Origin: Candidatus Hydrogenedentota bacterium
Lineage (GTDB): Bacteria; Hydrogenedentota; Hydrogenedentia; Hydrogenedentales; SLHB01
NCBI GenBank assembly: GCA_045863335.1
Contig: BTVY01000009.1
Coordinates: forward strand, 92,918-156,917
Direction of reading: 5' to 3'
Length of the DNA stretch: 64,000 nucleotides
Positions 9,063 through 18,718 of the stretch are shown here, piece by piece. Numbering within the stretch: the stretch's first letter is position 1; every line of letters starts with the position of its first letter. Position numbers and translations under genes: made by a program. A model generated the notes under the pieces. The model was given only the letters and a program-made list of their open reading frames with translations. It was not told the origin of the DNA and did no database searches.

Positions 9063-10097
9063 ATGGAATCATGCAACATGGGACGGAGGACGTTTGTCTT
9101 GAGTACAGGCGCAGCAATCGCGGGATCGTTGTCGACATTGGGCGCAGGGGCGGTGGCGTCTGAAGGTACGGCGAAGATACCGCCGTTCCGGGGGATGATG
9201 CCGATCATGGCGACTCCGGTAGATGGGGAGTACAAGGTCGACGTGGCCAGTCAACGGCGGCACGTGGAGTATTGCATTCAATGCGGCGCGGTGGCCATCG
9301 GTCACTTCGCGTACGCGTCGGAATTTCAGAAAATCTCGGATGCCGATCGTTCACAATTACTGGACGTGGTGGTGGAACAGGTAGCAGGGCGCATCCCGTT
9401 TTTCGCGGGGGTGACGGGACGCACGGCAGTGGACACGGTTCGTTACGCGCGTGAGGCGAAAACGCGCGGCGCGGACCTCATCATGGTTTCGTTGCCGTTT
9501 GAAGAACAATTGGATCAGGAATCCACGTTCACGATGTTCCGCGAGATCGGCTCGACGGTCAGTTTGCCCATCATCATCCAGGACACGCCGGCGACCGCGG
9601 ATGTGCTCACGCCTGAGTTGGTCATGCGTATCGCCAAGGAGACGGGGCAGGTTCACTCGATCAAGGCGGAGAGCGCGGATTTCCTTACCAAGACGGCGGA
9701 CCTCATGCAGCACTTCGAGGGGACGATGCAGGTCATAGGTGGCGCGGGAGGACAGCACATGATTCACCTGTTGCGGCTCGGCGTGACGGCATTCATGACC
9801 GGCACGGAAGCGTTGGAGTTCCATGCGGCCGCGGTTGCGGCGTACTTGAAGGGCGACGCGGATGAGGCGGCGACGATTTACTTCACGAAGATTCTGCCTT
9901 ATTTCATGTTCTACAATTCGGGGAACTGGCAGCGCAATCTGAAAATGATGTTACACCTGCGGGGGATTATCGATACGCCGAACATGTGCCAGCCGGAAGA
10001 CGACATCCCGCCGGCTTATGGCGACGTGGTTATGAAGGAATTTCGGTGGGCGCTCGATCACATCGGCTGGACGAAAACCTGGCCGAACATTCCGTAG
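9063..10097 (+). CDS. DapA/DHDPS-family class I aldolase/dehydratase with twin-arginine-like signal peptide
   Basis: GMMPIMATP, ASEF, AGRIPFFAGV, LPIIIQD and Schiff-base Lys in IKAES. N-terminus is GRRTFVLSTGAAIAGSL...AVA. Confidence 0.8.
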   Translation: MESCNMGRRTFVLSTGAAIAGSLSTLGAGAVASEGTAKIPPFRGMMPIMATPVDGEYKVDVASQRRHVEYCIQCGAVAIGHFAYASEFQKISDADRSQLLDVVVEQVAGRIPFFAGVTGRTAVDTVRYAREAKTRGADLIMVSLPFEEQLDQESTFTMFREIGSTVSLPIIIQDTPATADVLTPELVMRIAKETGQVHSIKAESADFLTKTADLMQHFEGTMQVIGGAGGQHMIHLLRLGVTAFMTGTEALEFHAAAVAAYLKGDADEAATIYFTKILPYFMFYNSGNWQRNLKMMLHLRGIIDTPNMCQPEDDIPPAYGDVVMKEFRWALDHIGWTKTWPNIP

Positions 10098-10113
10098 GTC
10101 CGTTCGCTCCGGA

Positions 10114-11610
10114 CTACCCTTGGGGGACCTCATACGCGCCGATGCTGGGTTTCGCATCGCCGGGAAGTGGTGTGCCCCAGAAGTCGCGGCCTCCGTTCTC
10201 ATCCATGACGAGGCCCGCGCCGATACACGGCGAATCGCTATTCAGCTTGTACTCCGGCAGCGATGACAGCGCTTCGACATTGGCCAACGAAGCCATACCG
10301 GGCCGGACGAGCTGCGGATCCGCCCAAATTCCGACAATCTTGTTGTCAACACGTTCCTGTCCCGTTGCAGCGCTCCACGCATCCAGGCTCGCGTGCCCGT
10401 CCAGCGCGAATGGCGCGCCCTTCAATCGCCAATAAAGGTTGCCTTCAAAATGGGCCTCGTGACAGGCTCCTTCGATGGACGGGCCGCCGCTGACGAAGAT
10501 GTTGTTTCGGAAGCGCATTCCCGGCATGCGCTTGCCGTAGAATCCGACAGCCGATCCGTCCTCGTTGTAGACCGTGTTATTGTAGATCTCCGCGTCCGAC
10601 ATGCCCTCAAGCCAGTAGATGCGGATTCCCGCATGTTGACCCGGCTTTCCATCGTTCTGGCTGATGTTATAGCGGATGATGTTGTTCTTCCACGGCAATG
10701 CATAGGGAAACATGCAGAGCAGGTAGCCGGGTCCATCGTTCCCATAGGACAAGTTGTACTGCATGATCGAATTCGTGACGCCGCCATCAAAGTCGAAGCC
10801 GCCTCCATCGTCGCTGGGGCTCTTGTTGTCGTGGGAAATGCAGTGTTGGATGACGACCCGATCGGCATTCCAGGCCCAGATGCCCACGGGCCCGTTTCCT
10901 TCGCGCGGCATGTCCCATCCATTGTTCATGGCTTCGCAGTATTCGATGGTGCATCCGCGCACGAATCCCGCCACAATTCCGTTGCCGCTATGGTTCGTGA
11001 GATTTGCCGGATTTCCGGGATTGTTTTCGGCGATACAACGTACGATACGAACGTTCTCAGACCAGAGTTCCTCGTCGCCCACCTGAATCCCCGAACTGCC
11101 GTTGTTATGCGCGTGGACGGAGTCGATCAAACAATCCTGAACGCCTTCGACCAATACGCCGCAGTGACGGAATCCCTGTACCTCGATCTGAGCGATGGTC
11201 GTTCCCTTGGCGTTGCGGACATGGACGCCACAACCGGCGTTATCATTTTTGCGCCCTGCGCCGGTGAAGTTGATGTTCTCGATCTTCAGGTAATCGCAGC
11301 CGTCGGCAACGACCCCGGAGCCGGTCCGGCCGTCGATGGCGGCACGGCCTTCGCCATAGGAACTTACGACGAATGGGCGTGACTCGGCGCCGCTATCGTG
11401 CGCGTCGAACGTCAGCGTACCCGGATACGTGTGTCCGCCTTCGAAAAGCAGGCGATCTCCCGGCTCAAACGAAGCGGCGTTGGCTCGTTCCACCGAACAC
11501 CAAGGGCTTGTCCGTTCCCCGGAAGCGAGGTCATCGCCCGACGGGCTGACGTGGTAATCAATGCCGTGTGCGAGTGCGTTCATGCCAACCATGATAAACA
11601 CCGGCAACAT
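10114..11610 (-). CDS. Secreted right-handed parallel beta-helix (pectin-lyase-like) protein
   Basis: YHVSPSGDD..SG....PW, PGDRLLFEGG, Asn-rich repeats, DGGGFDFDGG and C-terminal SPCIGAG...IGAYE. The start is uncertain (11610-11736). Confidence 0.8.
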   Translation of the reverse strand: MLPVFIMVGMNALAHGIDYHVSPSGDDLASGERTSPWCSVERANAASFEPGDRLLFEGGHTYPGTLTFDAHDSGAESRPFVVSSYGEGRAAIDGRTGSGVVADGCDYLKIENINFTGAGRKNDNAGCGVHVRNAKGTTIAQIEVQGFRHCGVLVEGVQDCLIDSVHAHNNGSSGIQVGDEELWSENVRIVRCIAENNPGNPANLTNHSGNGIVAGFVRGCTIEYCEAMNNGWDMPREGNGPVGIWAWNADRVVIQHCISHDNKSPSDDGGGFDFDGGVTNSIMQYNLSYGNDGPGYLLCMFPYALPWKNNIIRYNISQNDGKPGQHAGIRIYWLEGMSDAEIYNNTVYNEDGSAVGFYGKRMPGMRFRNNIFVSGGPSIEGACHEAHFEGNLYWRLKGAPFALDGHASLDAWSAATGQERVDNKIVGIWADPQLVRPGMASLANVEALSSLPEYKLNSDSPCIGAGLVMDENGGRDFWGTPLPGDAKPSIGAYEVPQG

Positions 11611-11742
11611 CTGCCGAATTGAGGCCGTCCATACGTGAAGGTGAAAAGACCCCTTTGACACGCATACCGGCGTATTTTTTCGGAATAACAGTGCCTCGAA
11701 CGAACTTTCGCACCGATTGGAATCAAAACAGAGCATCCACAG

Positions 11743-11952
11743 CTATTCCAGGCCCAGTGGCCCGGGCGACGGTGGCACACCATTTCCGAAGTTTTCGTTT
11801 ACCTGACGGATCAGTTGCGCTTTCCTTGGGTCGACCCGTTGAACCGCCGCCGACTGGGAATCTGCGTTGAAGTAATACGCATACACCGCGCCGGTAATGA
11901 GCACTGCAACGACGATTCCAATCAGCCACACCTTCTTTCGTGCCATTGCCAC
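11743..11952 (-). CDS. Small single-pass membrane protein, unknown function
   Basis: Basic N-terminus then a hydrophobic helix (WLIGIVVAVLITGAVYAYYF); GAGG RBS; co-oriented between the ABC permease and the beta-helix gene. Confidence 0.55.
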   Translation of the reverse strand: MAMARKKVWLIGIVVAVLITGAVYAYYFNADSQSAAVQRVDPRKAQLIRQVNENFGNGVPPSPGPLGLE

Positions 11953-12064
11953 GTCCCTCGTACGATCCGGTCGATCTCAGAAAACTCTACGAAACACCGC
12001 GCCGGAACTCGACCCGCAAAGTATCACATCGGCTCCGCACACGGAAACCGGCTGCTACGACGGC

Positions 12065-12907
12065 TCATGCCTTGAGCGCTCCGGAAGTCATCCCCTCAAC
12101 GAAGTCGCGTTGAAAAAACAGAAATGCCAGGATGAGCGGTGCGGTCGCGAGCAGACTTGCCGCCATCACGATGCCATAGGGAATGCTGGAATCGCCGTTC
12201 AGCAGGTAGATTACCAGGGGCAGCGTATACATTTCCTTGGTATGCAACAAGATCAAGGATCCCATGAGATTGTTCCAGGCAAAGATGAAGGTAAAGACTC
12301 CCAAGGCGGCAAGGGCGGGCCGAATCACGGGAAGGACCACGTGCCAATAGATCCCCAATTCGCTGCAGCCATCGATGCGCGCCGCTTCAAGCAAGTCATC
12401 ATGCACGTTCTCGCCGATGTATTCGCGCATCCAATAGATTCCAAACGCATTGGCGGCGCCAGGCACGATCATGGCCCAGTACGTATCGATTCCGCCTAAT
12501 TTCACCATCATCACGTATATCGGAATGATGAGGACGGAACCGGGAATCATCATCGTGCCCAGAACGAATACAAAGAGACTTTTTCGCCCCGGCGCGTCCC
12601 GGTACTTGGCGAAGGCAAAACCGGCGAGTGAGCACAAGAACAAAACCAGGCCGCAATGGCCCACCGAGATGACCAGCGAGTTCACAAAAGACCGAATGAA
12701 GTCGACGTTGGCCAAATTGATCACGTCTCGGAAGTTCGATGGGTGCCAAGGCGAAGGAATCCACTGGGGCGGGGCAGCGAAGATTTGTCCGGGCACCTTG
12801 AACGCCGAACTGAGCATCCAATAGAAGGGGAGCAGGAAGAGCACGGCCGCAAGCGTCAGAACGATATGCCCGAGAATGCGGTTCAGATACCGATACCCCC
12901 GTGCCAT
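12065..12907 (-). CDS. Carbohydrate ABC transporter permease (MalG-type)
   Basis: EAA loop LLEAARIDGCSE and C-terminal FQRDFVEGMTSGALKA; start MARGYRY at 12907. Confidence 0.9.
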   Translation of the reverse strand: MARGYRYLNRILGHIVLTLAAVLFLLPFYWMLSSAFKVPGQIFAAPPQWIPSPWHPSNFRDVINLANVDFIRSFVNSLVISVGHCGLVLFLCSLAGFAFAKYRDAPGRKSLFVFVLGTMMIPGSVLIIPIYVMMVKLGGIDTYWAMIVPGAANAFGIYWMREYIGENVHDDLLEAARIDGCSELGIYWHVVLPVIRPALAALGVFTFIFAWNNLMGSLILLHTKEMYTLPLVIYLLNGDSSIPYGIVMAASLLATAPLILAFLFFQRDFVEGMTSGALKA

Positions 12908-12911
12908 GGCG

Positions 12912-13835
12912 CTAGCTCCAATCGCTCCTGCGGAATCGCAGGATGAAGAGGGAGGCAACGAATACGACGGCGGCCACACCGTACGCCAGGCACGACGCGT
13001 AGCCAAAACGAAAATCGTCGAAGGAAGTATTGAAAAGGTACAACCCAAAGTTTGTAGAAGAACGCCCCGGACCGCCATAGGTCAGCATGAAAATCTCGTC
13101 GAACGCGTAAATCGTCCCGACGAGGGAGGTAATGGCGCAGAAGACGAACACCGGACGCATCAAGGGCAATGTGATATGCCACACACGGCTCCAAGCCCCG
13201 GCTCCGTCGATGCGTGCGGACTCGTAGTAAGTGCGCGGAATACCCTGCAAACCCGCCAGCATCAGCACCATTCCATATCCTGCCCATCGCCATATCAGCA
13301 GGATTGCAATAGACGGCTTGGACCACGTTTCGCTCGTGAGCCAGGGCAGGGGACGAAGGCCAAGCCACGGCACCGCCTCTTCAATCGCAGCGAGGGTCGC
13401 GTTCAGCAGGCCGCGCTCCGTGTCGTACAGCAGTCCGAAGACAAGTGCAATCGCGACCATCGGAGTGATGACGGGCAGAAAAAAGACGGCACGATACAGG
13501 CTCCTGAACTTGAGCCATGAGGCGTTGAGCAACACAGCCAAGAGGAACGCGGCGGCCAGCATGGGCGGAATGTAGAGGACGCAGATGACGAGCGTATTCC
13601 ACAACGAGTTCCAAAACGCCTCGTCATGCGCGGCAAGGCGGAGATTGTCCAGTCCAACCCATTTAATGGGGACGAAACCATCCCACTCGGTGAAGCTCAG
13701 CAGAAACGAGAAGACGATTGGGTAGAGTGCGAACGCCGCGAACAGAACGAAGAACGGCGAAATGAAGACGTAGAAGTGCCAATTGCGGCGGATTCGTTCC
13801 GCGTACCTTCGGCCGTCTGGCCGTGGCGCGCTCAC
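12912..13835 (-). CDS. Carbohydrate ABC transporter permease (MalF-type)
   Basis: EAA loop YYESARIDGAG, WSLWNT-like segment and TYGGPG. The GTG start overlaps the binding-protein stop (GTGA). Confidence 0.9.
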   Translation of the reverse strand: MSAPRPDGRRYAERIRRNWHFYVFISPFFVLFAAFALYPIVFSFLLSFTEWDGFVPIKWVGLDNLRLAAHDEAFWNSLWNTLVICVLYIPPMLAAAFLLAVLLNASWLKFRSLYRAVFFLPVITPMVAIALVFGLLYDTERGLLNATLAAIEEAVPWLGLRPLPWLTSETWSKPSIAILLIWRWAGYGMVLMLAGLQGIPRTYYESARIDGAGAWSRVWHITLPLMRPVFVFCAITSLVGTIYAFDEIFMLTYGGPGRSSTNFGLYLFNTSFDDFRFGYASCLAYGVAAVVFVASLFILRFRRSDWS

Positions 13836-15181
13836 GGGGTGCCCTCCGGCACTTGCGGGGCAAGTTCCCGCCGTAGCCGTTCGCTCAACTGGCGCGCCAA
13901 TCGAGCCAGCATCGCGTCCGTTTCCTGGCAACCGTTAGCCGCCCAGTGGCTCATCTCCTGCGAGATGTAGCGGGAGGCCTCCCGCCAATCCTCGGTCCGG
14001 TTCAGCTGCGGTATCCGCGTGATGTCTTCCGCAAAGAGTCGCCGCACTCTCTGTCCGCCGTAGAACGGGTCCGGTTCGTCGAAGAATGGGTCATCATAGG
14101 CCGTGTGGAGCGCCGGAAAGAGGTCGGAGTTCCGGTAGTGTGCAAGTTGAGATTGCTCGTTGCACAACATGAAACGAACGAAGTTCCAAGCGGCATCGTC
14201 GCGCATACTTTGCGCGGGTATGATGAGGACCGATCCCCCGGCTGTACTGGCGCGCAATCCTCCTGGCGTCAAGGCCGGTAAAGGAAACACGCCCCATTCC
14301 CCGGAGGTTTCGGGGGCGTAGTTCTTGATGAAACCACCGAGCCATGCGGCCATGGGAAACGATGCAATCTCTTCCGTGCCCAGGGATGTGTAGAAGGCCT
14401 GACTGAACACGGCGGTATTGGACGTGATGCCTGCCGTAAGCATGGATTCCAGGACCGCCAGCACCTCGCGGGTTTGCCCTGAGTCGATGGCAACGCGGCC
14501 TTGGTCGTCGAACACCTGGCCGCCATTCTGTTGCATTAAAATCTCGAACATGGCGGACACGTAGCTGGCGGGGAGGGTCAGCATCATTGTTTTTCCGCCG
14601 GAACGTTCGACAATCCTCTTGCCCGCGTCGATATAGTCGGCCCACGTTTCGATTGCCCCGGGATCGATACCATACCGCGCGAAGACCGGCCGCTTGTAGA
14701 ATACTGCGCAGGGCCCGATATCCCAGGGGATGGCGTAGACGCGGCCGTTGAGCGTACAATTTGCCCAACTGGCGGGCACAAAGCGGTCCGCGTAGGGTGC
14801 GGCGACTTCGGTCAAGTCGGTTAAGCGGCCGGTCATGCTGTACCGGGGTGCGTTTGCAATCTCGATCTGAGATACGTCCGGCGCGCCTACGCCGGACGAC
14901 AAAGTCAACATCAACCGCAGATTCGCCGTGCTTGAACCGCTCATGTTGATGTTGATACCGACACTGGGATACTTCGCACGGAACGCAGGGATACGCTGCT
15001 CCAGACTGGCGGCCGCAATGCTCCACGCCCAAACGTTCAAATCGCCCCGGATTCGGCCGGAAGTACCTGAGGGACCAATCGGTGCTTCCGCGCGCGCGAC
15101 CACGTTTGCGGACAAGACGAGAACACAGAGCAATATCGGCGTTGAGAGAATTGCCGTGGTACTGTGCCGCTGGTTCGTCAT
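13832..15181 (-). CDS. Sugar ABC transporter substrate-binding protein (family 1)
   Basis: Signal peptide; motifs GAPDV, VYAIPWDIGP..FY, ETWADYI, GEWGVFPLP and GGS. Confidence 0.9.
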   Translation of the reverse strand: MTNQRHSTTAILSTPILLCVLVLSANVVARAEAPIGPSGTSGRIRGDLNVWAWSIAAASLEQRIPAFRAKYPSVGININMSGSSTANLRLMLTLSSGVGAPDVSQIEIANAPRYSMTGRLTDLTEVAAPYADRFVPASWANCTLNGRVYAIPWDIGPCAVFYKRPVFARYGIDPGAIETWADYIDAGKRIVERSGGKTMMLTLPASYVSAMFEILMQQNGGQVFDDQGRVAIDSGQTREVLAVLESMLTAGITSNTAVFSQAFYTSLGTEEIASFPMAAWLGGFIKNYAPETSGEWGVFPLPALTPGGLRASTAGGSVLIIPAQSMRDDAAWNFVRFMLCNEQSQLAHYRNSDLFPALHTAYDDPFFDEPDPFYGGQRVRRLFAEDITRIPQLNRTEDWREASRYISQEMSHWAANGCQETDAMLARLARQLSERLRRELAPQVPEGTP

Positions 15182-15400
15182 TTTCTGTCTAGACCCGCCC
15201 ATGGTTGGCGCCGGAGCAACGCAAATCATGCGATACCATCGATCGGTGCGTACTTGCTCCGCGACGGAGCCAATGGGTAGAGGTTTCCGACTCACTCCCC
15301 GAGTACGCGGATAGACGCGCCTTTCATTCCTAAGAGGCAGTTGGTAACGTATGGGCTCGACTGATGTCAAACAACGGGAAAGAAGGAGAGCGGGGGACCT

Positions 15401-16837
15401 ATGAAGCCGAAGCCTGAACACCCGGCGTGGATCTATGTGGTTTTTCCGGCGGTTGCCATGTTGTTGGGCTGGGGGCTGCGCGGGTATATCGGCGGCGGTC
15501 CCTTTGGTGCGTTGATTCCGGGGTGTTTTGTCGCGCTCAGCCTGTCGCTGCTGCTTGGGTACCGCATGGAAACTGCGGCGATGGCGGCATTGTTTGGCGC
15601 GGTCGGCATTGGTTACGGCGGCGATATGACGTATGGGCAGACGCTCGGATTCCTGAACGACTCCGACACGGTGCTGTGGGGTCTGTTGGGGTGCTTGGTC
15701 AAGGGCGGAATCTGGGGACTGCTCGGCAGCGCGGTACTGGGCACGGGGCTTACTCGCGACCGGTACGATGTGAAGACGCTAACCGTGGCGTTCGTCTTGA
15801 CGGTGGTTGCCTTCTATGTCGGCGTCAAACTGATCAACGATCCGAAACTCATTTACTTCTCAAACCGCCTCGACAAGCCACGCGATGAATCGTGGGCAGG
15901 TTTGCTCTTTGCGGCTATTACGTTCCTGGGGTATCTCCGGTACCGCGGTTCGGCCGAGGCATTCGCTTTGCCGTTCCGCTTTGCACTGTGGGGCATGCTC
16001 GGCGGCGCGCTTGGTTTCGGCGGTGGCGCGTTGTGGATGGTCTTTGGGCCCCACTTACCGGTTCCGCAGCAATGGATTGGATGGTGGAAGGCGATGGAAT
16101 TCTCCTTTGGCCTCATTCTGGGGGCGGCGCTTGGCTACTGCGCGTACTTGAATCGAGAGCGGCTGTACGTTGCAGGGCAGCAAGGGGAGGCGCCGCCGGC
16201 TGCTTGGGGTCCGGTTGGTGTATTCTTCGTCTTCGTCGCGGCGGTGTTCATCGCTTACCCGGTCGTGGGTAGTCTCCTCCCCGAGGGCATCGCGGAAAGC
16301 CGCACACTATCTGTCCTCCTTGTGCGTGACGTCTTTCGGGTGTTGTTCGGATTTGTCTTCTTCGGAGGCCTATGCATTATCCTGGGATTGCGTTCCCTTC
16401 ATGCCGCCTGGCAGATCGCCGTAACGCTCACGGTGTTCCATTGTGTGCTCGATTATGTGCGGGATCTGGACGATCCCGAACGATTCGGATACGCGCTGCC
16501 CGTGTCCGTGCAGCTTCTGATTCTGCTCGTTGCCACCGGTGCAGTCGGCCACCTTACCATTCGATTCCAGCATAGTCCGCAGCCAATCCGCCGGATCTAC
16601 CTGCTTGTCTTGTGGGCTTGCTACGCGGTAGCCTGCGTTCGTTCCTTCTTCTTGAAGGACTTCTTCTTTCCACCAGAAGGCGAGAGCCTACTTTCCGTCA
16701 TTACCCAGCACCACGCGTCGTTGTTCTTTGTGCATGGCACGTTCACCGTCTCCGCTATCATCACGACGTGGTTTATACTCCGCTTGGGGAATTCGTCAGA
16801 CGAGGCCGTTACCGCGAATTCACAATATCGGCAGTGA
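15401..16837 (+). CDS. Polytopic membrane protein of unknown function
   Basis: About 12 or more Gly-rich hydrophobic segments (GWGLRGYIGGGPFGA, GGDMTYGQ, WWKAMEFSFG). Confidence 0.75.
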   Translation: MKPKPEHPAWIYVVFPAVAMLLGWGLRGYIGGGPFGALIPGCFVALSLSLLLGYRMETAAMAALFGAVGIGYGGDMTYGQTLGFLNDSDTVLWGLLGCLVKGGIWGLLGSAVLGTGLTRDRYDVKTLTVAFVLTVVAFYVGVKLINDPKLIYFSNRLDKPRDESWAGLLFAAITFLGYLRYRGSAEAFALPFRFALWGMLGGALGFGGGALWMVFGPHLPVPQQWIGWWKAMEFSFGLILGAALGYCAYLNRERLYVAGQQGEAPPAAWGPVGVFFVFVAAVFIAYPVVGSLLPEGIAESRTLSVLLVRDVFRVLFGFVFFGGLCIILGLRSLHAAWQIAVTLTVFHCVLDYVRDLDDPERFGYALPVSVQLLILLVATGAVGHLTIRFQHSPQPIRRIYLLVLWACYAVACVRSFFLKDFFFPPEGESLLSVITQHHASLFFVHGTFTVSAIITTWFILRLGNSSDEAVTANSQYRQ

Positions 16838-18551
16838 CAGATTCCAACAATAGGCCGGAATCGTCCACGGCGTCCGCGGTGGATCGAAACCGCACGTAGT
16901 TGATGCCGAGCGGTTCCCGGTAGTGGGGCTTCAAGTGAAGTTCCGACTGTCCGTTCACGTCAACGGTGCAGGTGCGTTTGTCGATGTCCCACTTAAATCG
17001 CAGCACGCACCATTCTCCGATGGGCAGTGCATTGCCGAGCGAGACGTGTCCGTCAGATTGTATTGGAAGCGAAACGATTGCTTCTGCATCACCCGTCTCG
17101 TCGGTTGGATTGAAGAATCGGTCCAGTAGCGAGATTACGGCGCCGTCAAACCCTTCCTGTAGTTGCAGTTTTATGGTTAGCGTGCCTTGTCGACCCATGG
17201 GAAAGTTCCACACCGCGCCGTCGCCGGGCTTGACATCGGGGCGGCGGATGTGGAGCGCTTTTGCGCCCGGTTTCTCAGGGTGTTCGACCAGCACCGGCCC
17301 TTGGGTACGGTCGCGCCACCAGCGCTCTGCCGGACCGAAATGCTTGAAAACGGTCCAGCCTTCAAGCCCCTTCGAGAAGTCATCCTCCCGATGCGTTTCC
17401 AGCAGCCAGTTGGGATCAAAGTGAAACGTAGCGCCTGAGCGCCCCTGACCGGCCATGACGATAACTTTGCCGTCCGGCGCGAGATAAGGCATGGGGTACG
17501 CAGTTCCGCGGTCGCCGGTTTTCTGGGGTGATTCATTCCGAGTCGGGTCGAGGTACACTTCGCGGAAACCTTGCCAGGTTTGGCATTCGTCCGACGAGAT
17601 GGCGGCGTGCAACGCGTCGCGCCCGCCGTACACGCCGTCGCCGTTGTGACGCGGCGGTTTTTCGCATCCGTTCCAGAACAGCAGAATGCGATCGTCGGGA
17701 AGCCGTAACAAGGCCGCAGGGCCGTCGGTCGAGAGGAAGCGGGAAGGGCGGAGCGGCTCCCAGTGTACGCCGTCATTGGAATACGAATCGTAGAGAAATC
17801 CGGTTTCCGTGCGCGCGAGCATGTACACCCGCCCGTCCTTCAGCTCAATGATGACCGGTTCGCAGGCGCCGTATCCGCTCCCGTTGAAGTCGGTGTAGCA
17901 TGGCGCGGTCAACTCAGAAGGCGACAGGTTCCACGTCTCGCCGCCATCGTCCGAATACACGCAGGTTGTCACGTTCGCCCCGGTAGGCGGCCCTTGCGGT
18001 TGCTTGCCAATCCACTTGGCGAAAGGCACGATGATTCGGCCAGTGCTGAGTTGCGTGACGTTGTTGATCGATCCCACGTAGCCTTCAAAGATCCGCTTGG
18101 GCGCATCCCATACCGTGCCCCCATTCGAGGTTTTGACGTGCCAGATATCGATGAAGTAGGTGACCGCGATTTCGCGCTTCCCCTCTTCCAACCGGGCCAC
18201 CATTGGGAACACGTGGTACTCGCCGTCCATGTCGAGCAAGGGCAGGTTTGCTCGCGGACCCTCGTACTCGAATTGACGATCGCCCCACGTAACGCCCCCG
18301 TCTGACGAGACCAGCGAGTAGTTCTTGTATACGTTTTCCTCGCCAGTACCCTCGGACACGAATCGCTTCAGACGCCCGTCCGGAAGCAGAATCACGCCAC
18401 CCTGGCGTTCCGCAAGCACCACCGGCGCCCAGACAGTGTCGGAACTATCGCCGGCGTAGACGGGTTCGCCAACAACAGCGGTCGACGCAATGGACAAGAG
18501 TATGGCTAGCCATGCGGTGGTACGGCTCGGACACGAGTGAGCAACCATCAT
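16809..18551 (-). CDS. Secreted sialidase-like (GH33/BNR Asp-box) beta-propeller with C-terminal beta-sandwich
   Basis: Asp boxes SSDGGVTW, TSNGGTVW, YSDDGGETW, YSNDGVHW and ISSDECQTW; ACEP; signal peptide. Confidence 0.8.
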   Translation of the reverse strand: MMVAHSCPSRTTAWLAILLSIASTAVVGEPVYAGDSSDTVWAPVVLAERQGGVILLPDGRLKRFVSEGTGEENVYKNYSLVSSDGGVTWGDRQFEYEGPRANLPLLDMDGEYHVFPMVARLEEGKREIAVTYFIDIWHVKTSNGGTVWDAPKRIFEGYVGSINNVTQLSTGRIIVPFAKWIGKQPQGPPTGANVTTCVYSDDGGETWNLSPSELTAPCYTDFNGSGYGACEPVIIELKDGRVYMLARTETGFLYDSYSNDGVHWEPLRPSRFLSTDGPAALLRLPDDRILLFWNGCEKPPRHNGDGVYGGRDALHAAISSDECQTWQGFREVYLDPTRNESPQKTGDRGTAYPMPYLAPDGKVIVMAGQGRSGATFHFDPNWLLETHREDDFSKGLEGWTVFKHFGPAERWWRDRTQGPVLVEHPEKPGAKALHIRRPDVKPGDGAVWNFPMGRQGTLTIKLQLQEGFDGAVISLLDRFFNPTDETGDAEAIVSLPIQSDGHVSLGNALPIGEWCVLRFKWDIDKRTCTVDVNGQSELHLKPHYREPLGINYVRFRSTADAVDDSGLLLESVTADIVNSR

Positions 18552-18718
18552 TCATCTCCCGGAATTGTTGGTACGATTCATGCCGTCACGGGGCGCTTCT
18601 GGGGTCCAGCGACGAGTCTCGCGCGCAGCACGGCACATCGGCGCTACCTCAGACCCCACACTACGCCATCATGTGGTATCCTTTTTCAAGGCAAGCCCGA
18701 AAGAGGTAGGCTGCAACG

